A stretch of DNA of 60,280 nucleotides from Mesotaenium endlicherianum (taxonomy: Eukaryota): positions 295,302 to 355,581 of the forward strand of contig WELA01002258.1 in the NCBI GenBank assembly GCA_009602735.1, given 5' to 3'. Within the stretch, counting starts at the first letter, position 1. Each line of letters opens with the position of its first letter. Both the position numbers and the translations under genes were made by a program. Positions 39,403 through 51,270 of this stretch are shown here, piece by piece. The notes beneath the pieces are model-generated. The model had not been told where the DNA came from, did not search any database, and saw nothing but the letters and a program-made list of their open reading frames with translations.

Positions 39403-41208
39403 TCGACAATGTAAGACTTTTTGTGTTAAAATTTTGAATGTTAGTTTTAGAAATAACTAGTCCTGAATGCTTTGACCGGTCGTTGAACCTCAACTGCGTT
39501 CGAGTGATGAGAGTGGGTCGGTGAAATCCCACCCATTGGAGCTGGGACAAGATCCCAACAGCAAATCAACCAATCATTTTTGTCGTTTTGACGCTGCACG
39601 TTTTCAACGAGGCAAATATATCATGGTCTTTGTCTCATGGATCTCCAAAATGTCACCAGAATTTTGCTCGTTATAATTTTTCCAAATTTTATCATCCGCC
39701 TGAGAAGCTTCTCAATTTTGATCGAGCCTATCGCAGCTAAGTATTAATCATCATGAAAACACTTCAAAATATTTAAACAACTTATTTCATCTTTAGACAA
39801 CACTGAGCATATATGAGCAGCCTTGAAAGCACTTGAGAGACCTGCAAATGCCATAGTTCAGTCGCCCAGGACATCCATGTTCACACGCTTAAGCGCGTCT
39901 GTTCGTTTGTGACGACATGCCCGTAGTTTGCACTCCCTGTCGGCAGCTTTGAAACCTACAGACTAGCTGCGAGTGCGACACCCTGGGCAGCACTGCACGA
40001 CAAACGTATTTGGTGCTTGAAGTTTGGAACATTGTGCAATATACGCCTCCGTGCACCTCCGTGCACCTCTCTGCATCGCTGCGTATGCCAGCACCAGATC
40101 TAGTCATCGCTCGACCGCGCTCGTCCGTCCGAGATCGTGGACTCAATCTCACCGTAGTGGGGTCAGCCAGTCAGAGTACAAGTCACATGAGGCCAAAATC
40201 GAAGTAGAACTTTTCACATCTTTTTAGAGTGAATCAAGCAAAGAATCAGGCAAGTCAGATATCGGGGGCAGCTAGTCAGATCGCGTAAGTCTGTGGCCAA
40301 CTGTCGTCTTATAACGATCAAACGCACAAAATCACGTCAATTAAATGCACTTCCTGATCGTGCTCAACGAACGTCCGTCCGACTCCTCAACCCGAAGACG
40401 TGAATCCTTCGCGCTTCAAAACCCACAAAATACCTCTACAAAAGTGTGGACCCCCCGTGCAGAACTGCCCTCGTGGTTGCTCAGGCTCGCTCAGGCAATC
40501 GAGAGCAGACGGGAAACGCATAAAGGTCCAAAGATCTCTACGATCTCCGGACCTTTTAGAGGCCAAGAGATCTTATCGATCACCGTGGAGGTTCGGTCGT
40601 CAGGGTTCCTTGGCATGGTAATATTAAAGTTAAGAGCGCAAAAGATCTGACACTTTTTACGGGAAACGGGAGGTGCTGGGGGGTGCACCGCCGCTGCTGC
40701 TGCTCTCTTGAGAGTTGATGAAAAAGTAGTTCAACTTGAGCTCAGTGGTCATGATCCTAGCTCCTCATCTCTTGCGTCTTTCTACTTTTCATGTGATCTT
40801 TGTGTAGAGTTTGGCGGAGGAGCTACGCATTCAGATACTCGTCCTGACCCTACATTTCATTTTTTGTTGCTTAAATTTTGGACGCTGGTAGCTCTGTGGC
40901 TTTGTCAACGAGCTGTTGTGTGCCGGAGTTTTTCTCAGGGTATAAGGGTCTCCATCATTCCTGCGACTGCTATCTAGCCAAAGGTGATTAGATCCTTTGC
41001 CAGAGGACTATTGCATCCGTCGATCACTGTTGTAGGACATTCTACGATAGAGACTGCACAAGCTCACGGGTTTCTCTTCTTCGTGAACACCCCCTCCCCT
41101 TTGTCTGACAACCCCCTTTTCTGACCTTATTTATTACCTTGTTTCGGCATTGGCAGGCTGTCCTTCATCTCACGGCCCACGAGTAGGAGTCAGGACCTGT
41201 AACACACA

Positions 41209-44200
41209 ATGGTGAGCAATCATCCAGGGCTGTGCTATGCTACTTTTTGGTCGTTAACAATGCATGGAGGAAGGGGGCACCACTTGACTGCGCAGAGCTG
41301 TGAGTGATGTTGGTCGATTGTTTATTTTGCAGGGGAGAGGAGGGTGCGGAGTTGACCCAGTTAGGCCCGCCAGAAAGCTTTCCGGTGGCATTCATTCACT
41401 CGTTCTGTCCGACCAGTTCGAACATTCGGAGGATCTAGCTTTGGGTCAGAACTCAATGCTTGAGCATGCAGACATACATGCAAGTGGGGCAAACTTGGTG
41501 AAAAGACGCCCTTCCAGCAAAAAAGGTCTACAATCATATACTATGGACGAGGTCGCAAAGCATCACACGAAGGATGACTGTTGGGTGGTGATCAAAGACA
41601 AGGTATGATGGTTAGCTAGTGCCGGATCTTAAATGCATGACTCGCCATCTCTCCCAATGAAAGCGACCTTCCATATTGTGCAGCAATTGTTTGTAGGGCA
41701 ATAAGTATGAAGTTGGTGAATATGAGAGGTGATTGCACCTCTACATTGAGGCCAAGCTCCTGCTTACATGTGCCACCCGCCACCTCCAATCAGAGATCAG
41801 AAAGGACCAGGACGATATCAATGTACTTGCTCTTAGAGCTATTGCCTAGGATCAAGATGATATAAATTACTTGCTTGTAGAAGTATTCACAGGACGGTAA
41901 CTGCTTGTAAGGTACAGTAAGAGAATTATTTGTGACAGTCAGCTAAAGCATAAAGAAGGTCACCTTTTCCTCTCTTTTTCCAGGTCTATGACGTCACTAA
42001 GTTTGCAGAGACGCATCCAGGGGGCGGCGTCATCTACACCTTTGCCGGAAAGGAGGCCACCGACGTCTTTTCCACCTTTCATGCCAGCACAACGTGGCCT
42101 TTCCTGCAGCAGCTGCAGATCGGCACTTGCGAGGTCAGTGCTTCTGCTTCCCCTTGCCCCTTGTCTGCATCTGCATGCGTTTGCAGTAGCATGATGAGCA
42201 AAGGACATGGATTGCGTGTGAGGTAGGTCGCCAGAAAATTTGCGCCTCAGAGAAGCATCAGAAAGTGCTTCTCAGAATGTCTGCTAGAGAGTGTTACTGT
42301 ATTGATCCTGCGTAACAGGAGGCGAAGCATAAGTGACAGACAAAGAAATTGGCAGCAGAGTAAGGTCTTCCTCTTGTGCAGGTTGATTGTGAGCTCCCAT
42401 TCTCAAACGCGCACGGTCGGGATCTTGATGAGCCCCCCTGCTGAGAGCTGGCTGTTCTCTGCAGGGGCTAGATAGCTTGTGTGTGGGCTGATGACAATTC
42501 AGCGGAGAGTCTTTGCAATTTGTTAAGTATGTCGCACTCTAGATGCAAAGAAGCTGGCATGTCGCTGTGGGCTGGGCGGGAGCAAGATGCGAGCTGTGAG
42601 AGTGGAGTCGCACATCCGCTGTGAAGGCGTTCTTTTAGAGGGCATGTCATCCTTCAGCCAGTGCAGGGCAGATCGCTGACGAGTAGGACCCTTGAAAGTC
42701 AGGGAGCTCTTGCGCGCCTTTTTCCTGATCAGGAGGAGGTTGGAGAGCAGAGACGTGCACAGGGCCAGTTGACAGTAGAAAAACGGTGGCGCTGCTTCAC
42801 TTGTACGAGGTGTCTGGGGTCTCAGCGATGCGTACATATATGCAGTCTGTGCTGCTAGTCTGGATGCAGAGCCGAGGCACCAGTGATGCAACTCTTCTGT
42901 TCCCTATGCATCCATCCATCATTGAGGACATCAATCATCTGGGGAATGGGTGTGAAAGCGGAGGGAGGCCAACAGGAAAGAGGGGGGGGGTGGTGTGAAA
43001 CGCAGACTGCAAATACGCTTAGTGTATAGTTACGGTGGGCCTTCTGGTGCGGTTTTGCCAGGTCCAGCGTCGTCCACTCCTGGGGGCGCATGCCGTATCA
43101 AGCACAGGCACCTGCAGCTACAGCTGCAACCAGTGTTGTGTCCCCTGGAGGCTGTGGCATTCTCTGTAGCTGTGCGTCGGGCACTTTTGCATTTCTTGGG
43201 AGGTGGGACGACTTGCTGTGCCCTGCACCTCAGAAGCCCCATGAGCATCCTGTGGCAACAACACGTGCAATGCTGACGCCGATGCTGACGCACATGCTTA
43301 CGGTGCCGGCACGGACGCGCATGCTGACGTGCCGTACACATGCCCATGCTGACGTTTCCATGCCCATGCGCCTTGTGTGCCTGTGGTTTTTTGTTGGGGG
43401 GGGGGTTTCGACAAGGAACAGCAGCAGGAGCCGACGGCGGAGCTGGTGAGCGACTTCCGGGAGCTGCGGCTGGCCATGCTGCGCGACTGCCTGTTCGAGA
43501 GCAGCAAGCTCTTCTACGCCTACAAGGTGGCCTCCACGCTGGCGCTGCTGGGCGCCAGCGTGGCGCTAATCGCCTGCTCAGCCTCGCTGGCGGCAGTGCT
43601 GGCGTCAGCCGCCCTGCTGGGCCTCTTCTGGCAGCAGTGCGGCTGGCTGGCCCACGACTTCCTGCACCACCAGGTGAGCAGCCACAATACCATGCAGCAG
43701 CAGCAGCAGCCGTGACAGTAGCTGGAGGAGGAGCAGCAGCAGCAGCAGCAGCAGTTGCTGGTAGCAGCATGAGAAACATAAGGAGGAGGAAGAGGAAGAG
43801 GGGGCAGAGAAGTATGATGACTGGCTTCTCACTGACCTGCGTAGCGCTTGTTTGTGTGCTTGTGCGTGTGCGCGTGGTCGTCCGCTGTTGCTGCAGGTGT
43901 TCAAGTGGCGGGCGATGAACTCGCTGGTGGGCGGCTACCTGTTTGGCAACATCCTGCAGGGCTTCAGCATGCGCTGGTGGAAGGACAAGCACAACACGCA
44001 CCACGCGGCGCCCAACGAGTGCGACGACAAGTACCACGCGGTCGACCCCGACATCGACACGCTGCCCTTGCTGGCGTACAGCAAGGAGATGCTGGACACG
44101 GTGGAGAGCCCCGGCGTGCGCGCCTTCCTGCGCTGGCAGGCGCAGCTCTTCCTGCCCATCCTGCTGTTTGCGCGCTTCGCCTGGTAAGGAGTCCTGCGCC

Positions 44201-45827
44201 ACCAGCACACGCACGTGCGCCCCCCACGCATTCGCGCGACGCGCCTGCTTTTGCAGAGATACACCGGGAGGACACATTTGCGTGAAAACATGCGTGTGTA
44301 CAGGGGGGGTGCAGGGGGTGGGGGGGAGGCAAAGCTCTGCTTGCACTTAGTCGGGGAGGAGACACCTCAAGTGAAGTCAGGAAACAAGCAAGGGGGGCGA
44401 GTGGACGCCGTTACGGAGAGAAGGCCAAGGGAGGGTCTCGGACGGTGTGGCCCGGGTTGTGTGCAGTGCCTAATCTGCAAGCATTTGGATTTGGACCTTG
44501 GGTAGATAGTGGGAGGCCTAGGGGCACAGTCTTAGGCAAGCTGCTGGGCCTGGAGGCCGAAAAATGACGACGCAGAGAGAGATGCGGGAGCAGGAGCAGG
44601 TGCTGGCGCAGCACCCGCAGCTATTGGCACCGCCGAGGCCAGAGTGGCAATGGCGGCCAGCCCTTTGTAGGGGAGGGGCAGACAGAATGAGCGACTAGCT
44701 CGCCAGGGCTGCAGCGGTTGCGGAGTCTATCAGCGGCAAGAAAAGGATCATGCTGTGCCGTGAGCCTTGCTGAGAGCCAGGGAGGGGGGGTTGCATGGGC
44801 ACAGGAGAGAGGGAGGGGGGGCACTTTTGAGGCTTCTGTTTCCGTCTTCCTTCTTCTCCCTCTTCTTTGCTGTAAAAGCTCTCGTGAGCAGTCAGGCTTG
44901 TCCAGCCTGTAGGCCTCCCTCTTGCACTTCCTCAACTGCTCTTACTCACTCGAGTCCTTCCTGTGCCTGTGCGGCGTATGCAGGCTGTACGGCAGCTACG
45001 ACTTTGTGCGCAACGGGCGCTTCCCCGCGGGCAGCAGCCGTGCCAAGGAGGCGTTGACACTGGGCGTGCACTACGCGTTCTTCTTCGGCCTCGCCTTCGG
45101 CATCCTGCCGGCGCCCATGGCGGTGGCGTGGCTGCTGGCCAGCCAGCTGTTCTCGGGCGTGTTCCTGGGCATTGTGTTTGTGCAGAGCCACAACGGCATG
45201 GAGATCTACAACGACGACAAGGACTTTTTCAGCGCCCAGGTACATCCCCCCCCCCCTCCCCGACTCTTCTGTGTGCTGATGCTCCTGTGGCTGCTGCTTC
45301 TGCTGCTGCTGATGAAGGTGGTGGTGTTTTTTGGTGGTGGTTTTGCGACCTTGCTGCAGGAGCTGGTGCTGCTGCTCCTTCTCTCTTGCTTGTGGCGTTG
45401 CAGTCGCTGTCCTGCTGCTGCAGGTTTGCTGCTGGTGTTCTTGCTCCTGCTGCCGCCGCTTGTCCGCTGTCCTGCAGAGAAGTGTGCGCTACTCCTTCGT
45501 CCCGACCTCACCGTGCCCTCTCCGTGTGTGCGCTGCGCTTGCGTATGTGGCGGTGGTGCTTGGGTGCTCCTCCTTTTCTTGCGGGCGCAGATTGTGTCAA
45601 CGCGGAACATCAAGAGCAACCTGTTCAACGACTGGTTCACGGGCGGCCTCAACCGCCAGCTGGAGCACCACCTGTTCCCCACGCTGCCGCGCCACAACCT
45701 GCCCAAGGCGTGCGCGCGCGTGGAGGCGCTGTGCAAGAAGCACGGCCTCGTCTACGAGGATGTGGGCATGGTGCACGGCACGCGCCTCGTGCTCGAGCGC
45801 CTCGCATCTGTCGCGGCCGCCGCCTAG
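41209..45827 (+). CDS. Cytochrome b5-fused front-end fatty acid desaturase, Delta6-type (bryophyte DES6-like), ~486 aa, 7 coding exons
   Basis: Exons 41209-41211 (ATG only), 41333-41602, 41984-42133, 43416-43673, 43897-44183, 44984-45239 and 45591-45827 join in frame. N-terminus MGRGG. Cytochrome b5 motif [18 protein letters not shown]. His boxes HDFLHH, HNTHH and QLEHH in [26 protein letters not shown]. Confidence 0.95.
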
Positions 45828-48716
45828 CTCCCCCGCTCCGCCGCTCTGCACACCCCCTCCTGCCTGTTCATGCAGCGTTTTGGGCCTCTCTTGGCTCCTC
45901 GTGCTCTACTTACGCGCTTGACAGTGGGTGACTTGAGTACTTGAGTTTGCGGCACACAGGACTACATTAGCTAGTCTGTATCCATCTCGAGAAGCTTGAA
46001 GTACTCTCCTAGTCATTGTTATTCTTGTCCAGTGTCCGATCCCATATAGTCATGTCACATGTGAGAGCACCTAATAGAGCTCTTGCTATTATACTCCTCT
46101 GACACCTCTATCCCACATGGCTGTGGCTCGCTCATGCACGACTCCCACTCCAGGATTTCGTGTTTTCTCTCCAGCCAGGTGGCATTCTACTAAGCCACAT
46201 AGCACTGCAACTTACTCCCTCTTGTAGCTTAGTAGCTTCTGGGTGGTGGTAGTAGTCAGCTAAGAGCTTAGTGCTAAGGCCTAGCCTTCCGTATTTTTCA
46301 AAGATTGGCCAGACGCCCTAGGTCTTTCACTTCCCTACCTAATAATTCCAGATGCCGACTTCTTTATTACTCTTAATGGGTCAGTAGCTTCGCACAAGGT
46401 GGTTGAATATTTCTTAAGAGCCCGCATTGGGCCTAAAATATTCTTCCTTTATGTGGAAAAGGTGGATTGTGACAAAATTTGCATGTCTTACTCCTAAAAT
46501 AATATTTGTCTGACAATTTGTGCTCAGATTGCCTGATTTTGGAAGGAACATAAAAAGTAGTAGTAATATGCAACAGTGTCTTTGGTTCATAGAGAGGGTT
46601 CGTGTAAAAAATCAAACGTAAAGTTGCACAAAATATATGCAATAAAAAAGTACTAAGTCTGGCACGTATATATGACCAAATCACAACTTTGTTCTTTGCA
46701 TCGAGCCCCCGAGTATGCTAGGTCGCAAGCGCTCGTCAAATGTCGATTTGTAAATCAAATATGGTCCTATAAGATGAATTTACTTCACCAACATGACAAT
46801 TTAGGATAAACATAGTACATTATGTAAATTGGTTGACTTGACTCGCAATTATACCTCTATTTTGTTTGACAAGCATTCGCTACGACTTCCCAAAGGTTGT
46901 GCCACGGAAACAATTGCTGCCGAAAATGTACATGTGGGTGGAGTTTAAGAATTTTATAGAGAGCCAAAATTTACGTATTCCACTTGCGAGCGGGGCGTTT
47001 CAATTCAGCAAATTGTTTCGATTAATTTTTGATGAAAACATATTAGTTTCTTCAATGCATATAATGACGTTGTCTACGCACGTGATGCACGTTTCTTGTT
47101 GAAATAGATGATTGACTATCTTTGTTGACATTTGAAAAGCTAAAACCGCATATCAAGATTTGTTGTCTTTTTTTGATACCACTTGACATTGGAATGGATG
47201 TTGGCAATGAAAGGCTTTTGATCTCCTAATTTGGTGAGATGTTTTTTGAAAAATGTAATAGCGTGGAATGCTTAACCCGCCGTTTCATGATTCATCTCAG
47301 CAATCTCATCAACCGGGATTAAATCCAGCTGGGATTTTCCTTGGGATTCGCAATGTGGGTTCCTTTGATTTCCATGCAAATCTCAGACAAGCTTGGACAA
47401 AACCTTAGCGCCAAAATAGCCTGCCACTTTGTCGTGCACTTGCACATTTTTTGGGTGCGTTAGAAGAAAACCAGAGAAGCAAACGAAATTAGTAAAGAAC
47501 CAAGGCCAAAAAATTAACGCTTATCACATTTTTCAATATTCGTGTTGACGCCCATGTGTGGAAATTTGAGTAAAATTGAAGAAAAAGAATCTTGCCAAAT
47601 TAGATATATTTTTAATTACAAAGCTTTATCTTGAACACGTCGAACAACCTACGCGCGTATTTGAGTATCGTCCGACCATAAAACCAGACACTCACGGTCG
47701 AGGTCCTTTACACATTTTGCTCTCACAAACTCTATGTGATGGGGATCCTACTGACAACCTCAAATAGGGGCCTTATAACTACTCCATAGTGCGTACCCAA
47801 GCGTTACCAAACCTACACAACATGCAATCCCACTTTTGTCGTGCCTAGCCGTGTTGGTGCCTCTTGCACGTGCGTCAGTGGCCTAGGCGACCATTCATCG
47901 TTGGTTTCGCACGTGAGTGGTCAAGTTCGATTGACTGTTGACTTTGCACTTCATTAACCTTGCTGGCATTTGGCCAAGTTCCCTCAGTCAGCAACTTTAG
48001 TGCTCACACACACAACTTCCAATCGGTGGCTACCATGACTTTTTTTTTCCATATTTCTTTTAACACTAGATTTACTGGCTATAGAAAACAGACACCACAA
48101 TAGCCTATTTTTGAATGCTTATACTAAAGTTAGTGCTTATGTGGTACACAAGAGCCATATATGTACCGAATCTACTTCGAGTAAGCAATCTGGCAATGTA
48201 CTTTTTTCGTTTTTTCCGAGATTTGTTTGTGTACTTTCTTGTACTACAAGGGAAACACACGTGTGAGGTCCCACAAGTACATTTCTTCTCAACACAATAT
48301 CCGAAAAAGAACAACTTATTTTTAGATCCTGATTTTTTCCAGCATACATCCTGATGTAAGGAGGACAGTGCACTTTACAGATATACAATTCATTTAGAAT
48401 CCTGGCTGTTACACCAGCCCAAAGTTTGGGACCCAAATTGACACCAAGTTTTTCGGTCATTGGTCCCATAAGGAAACTAAGAAGTGTATCATGCAGATTC
48501 ATTGTTTGGTGCATAACTCCTGCAATTCTTGATGAAAATCATTGAAACAAGTTCAGGCATACTTAGAATACCCTACACAAGCACTCTAAAACATGAAAGC
48601 ACCAATAATATGTAATGCAAATATCATGAGTATTGTCACATATGGCTCCATGGCCGACGCATCGGAAAATCTGGTCAATGTGGCAGATGGTGTGAGCAGA
48701 AAAAAATTAGTATTAG

Positions 48717-49219
48717 TGTAGTGAAACAGATAGATAAAGTACTTAGTAAAACAGAATAGTTTATCTATTCAAGACAAGGATCTTTGAACACAAGTGGTAG
48801 CTTCTTGAAAGAGAGATGGCTTCTTGAAAGTTAATATATTTCTGGATTTTGGCAAGTACAAGAGTGATTCTGGAATGTCTTTCTATGTTCTAGCTCTTGT
48901 TTATATACTTGCTACATAAGTAATTTCTAGGAAGGTGTATGTTGATGTGTTGGCACCCAACACATCCCAAAACTTGCCACCTCTTTCTAGAATAATGTAC
49001 ACATGTCCTTTTGACCTAAAAATGGCACATTTGACTTTTGCCACATGGAGTTCTTCTAGGTCTTTCCTCTAACTTCGAAAATGCCTTGGAAGGTTCAAAG
49101 GACATGAACCAAGTTACTAGAGTACCTATTCACACTTGACTCCACACAATACTACTCCAAATATATTTGAAAACATTAAAATATATGCAAACTAATATAT
49201 AATAACTCAAATCACTATA
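48717..49219. mobile_element. Solo LTR, family B, 503 bp, opposite orientation to 16145-16647
   Basis: tgtagtgaaacagatag...aactcaaatcactata. Flanks attag/attaa form a 5-bp TSD with one transition. Confidence 0.85.
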
Positions 49220-49246
49220 ATTAAAGTTATGCACTTATCATCCATG

Positions 49247-49729
49247 CTACTGCTTAGGGGCACCAGTGGGCAACCTCTTCCTGCCACAGTCTAGATGCTC
49301 TATGTTTTTGGTAGTATGAAAAATCTCAAAGCAGGGAGTGGGATGTGAGGCCACGTTACTAAGTATACACATGAATTTGCACCTCTTCTTCTTTGCTGCA
49401 GCTCCTAAGTCAAAGTACTTAGCACTACACACCACACATCTTGCCCTTTCTCCTTTCTTCACCTTGTCAGAGAAGTGCTTCCCAGTCCACCTCTGCTCTT
49501 CAGCAGCTCCTGCTGCACTTGACCTGGTCTGCCTGTCGCGAGGATGTACCCACTCCGACATCTCCGTCACTAGTTGCAACATGAACAAGTATCTGTCAGC
49601 ACCACCAGGGTGGGCCAACTCATACAATATGTATGCATCAGCAATAGCACCATCAAACAAGCCCCAATATAGGCGGTGCCACCACTTCCTAGCTACCTGC
49701 TCAGTCAGCTCAGCCAGCTTGTATTGCAA
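49247..49729 (-). pseudogene. piggyBac-like transposase C-terminal fragment
   Basis: KWWHRLYWGLFDGAIADAYILY followed by a cysteine-rich tail (HF...RCVVCS...CKFMC...HPTPCFEIFH), typical of the end of piggyBac/PGBD transposases. No upstream catalytic core is visible. Confidence 0.75.
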
Positions 49730-50359
49730 AATGATTGGGTACCTTCAACTTATCTTAAAGGTACATAACTTACTAATACCATGTCAGTCTTTTGCCCATG
49801 TTGACAAATACACAAAATTGTAGTTTGCAAAAATCAATTGCAAGCAATTTGCAAGGACACTTGAATTCAAGGAAAGTTGCCTTTTTATATTTTTGCTTTA
49901 CTTTCCTTTAAGTAGAACCTTACAAAATCTTGAAATCTAAAGCAACACTTATTCAATCTGAACTTCTCTGCTCTCAGCTACACTCATCAATTCTTCACGG
50001 TGAGTCCTTCCTTTTCTTCGTTCTTCATCAAGAACAATCCTAGCTTCTATCTTATTGTAAGCAACTTCTCAGAGGCTTACCATTTCATGTGCTTTTTGCA
50101 CAAAGTATTCGTTTACGACTATTACCTAAGATTCTCTCAATGTATCAAAATTTGCCAACTCTAGCCTTTGCGCCTTTCTTCTTTCTTCTTCTCTTCTTCG
50201 CGCAAAAATATATTCTTTTCTCTACGTGCTTGTCTTCTTGCCCAACTTGGCACGGCACCTTCAAAGCCATCTCGGCCCAAGTGCGCTCTCTCTCGAGCTA
50301 CCCAGCCTTTCTAGGCTACCAGGCTGTGTTGCGCGTGATTTGTTCGCCCTTCGTGGCGT

Positions 50360-50662
50360 GGCCGAGTCCATGCAGCAGCTCAAATGGTTTTGGCATGGTG
50401 GCCGATCTTCCGTGACCATTCCTCACGCGGCTGCCAATGGACCAAGTCCAGCGTGGCTGCCCACATCACACATCCCAAAGTGGCAAACCTGTTGTGGCCG
50501 TTTCTAGCACGGTTGCAAGTCGACCAAGTCCAACGTGGTTGTCCATATCACCCATTCCAAGGTGGCAGGCTCGTCGTGGCTCTTTGTTGCACGGCAACTT
50601 GTGGACTAAGTCCAACGTGGATGTGCACATCACCCATTTCAAGGTGGCAAGCCGGTCGTCAT
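50360..50662. repeat. Tandem repeat, ~82-bp period, 3-4 diverged units
   Basis: ga(c/t)aagtcca-type unit starts (gaccaagtcca, gaccaagtcca, gactaagtcca) followed by ...atcac.cat...aa.gtggca at 50440, 50522 and 50604, with a weaker unit near 50361. Confidence 0.75.
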
Positions 50663-51270
50663 TACACGTCATTATTCTTATGACAAATCAATTTGGGGTT
50701 CTCAACCTCGAGTAAGGTCCAAGTCAATTTTGTCGGGTGGACTCTGCCTGGACATCTGGCGTCAACACTAACTTTAGATCGTACTTTGACTCGTTGCCAC
50801 TTCTTCTGCGCGTGTCTGACCGACTCTTACCTCCAGTCGTCATGACACTCTGCGTTCCCTTCTTTCCCGGGAAATAAGTTCCTTATGCCATCTATACTTG
50901 CGTAACCCCTGTTCAGCCAAAATTCGTACCCTTTCAGCGTTGAGAAGCTAGTCACCCGCTTTAGACCCTACTGACTCTTGTTGACCCCAAGCGTTCGGTT
51001 TGCTGACGTCTGTTGACCATTGCTTTGTGCTGATTCCCTGCTGATGCCCCCAATATATTGAGAACAAATCAAGCGTAAGTACACATGAGTGCACAGTAGC
51101 AATTTATGGAGTCTTATATCTGGGTCTTTCTTGGCATATAACGAGAGAAGTAGCAAGACTAAAACTATGTACACGGCAGTACTCGTTATCTCCTTTCAAT
51201 TTATATGCAAATTTGTCCATGGTAGTTAGGATGGTGGTGTAGACGCCATGCATTATATCGGACATGTACC

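Noticed and set aside
47272..47285. TTAA-CCC as a piggyBac terminus
   Set aside because: No matching inverted GGG-TTAA end was found on the other side of the transposase fragment.
50440..50662. CRISPR-like regular repeats
   Set aside because: Whole 82-bp units are similar with no unique spacers, there are no cas genes, and the context is eukaryotic.
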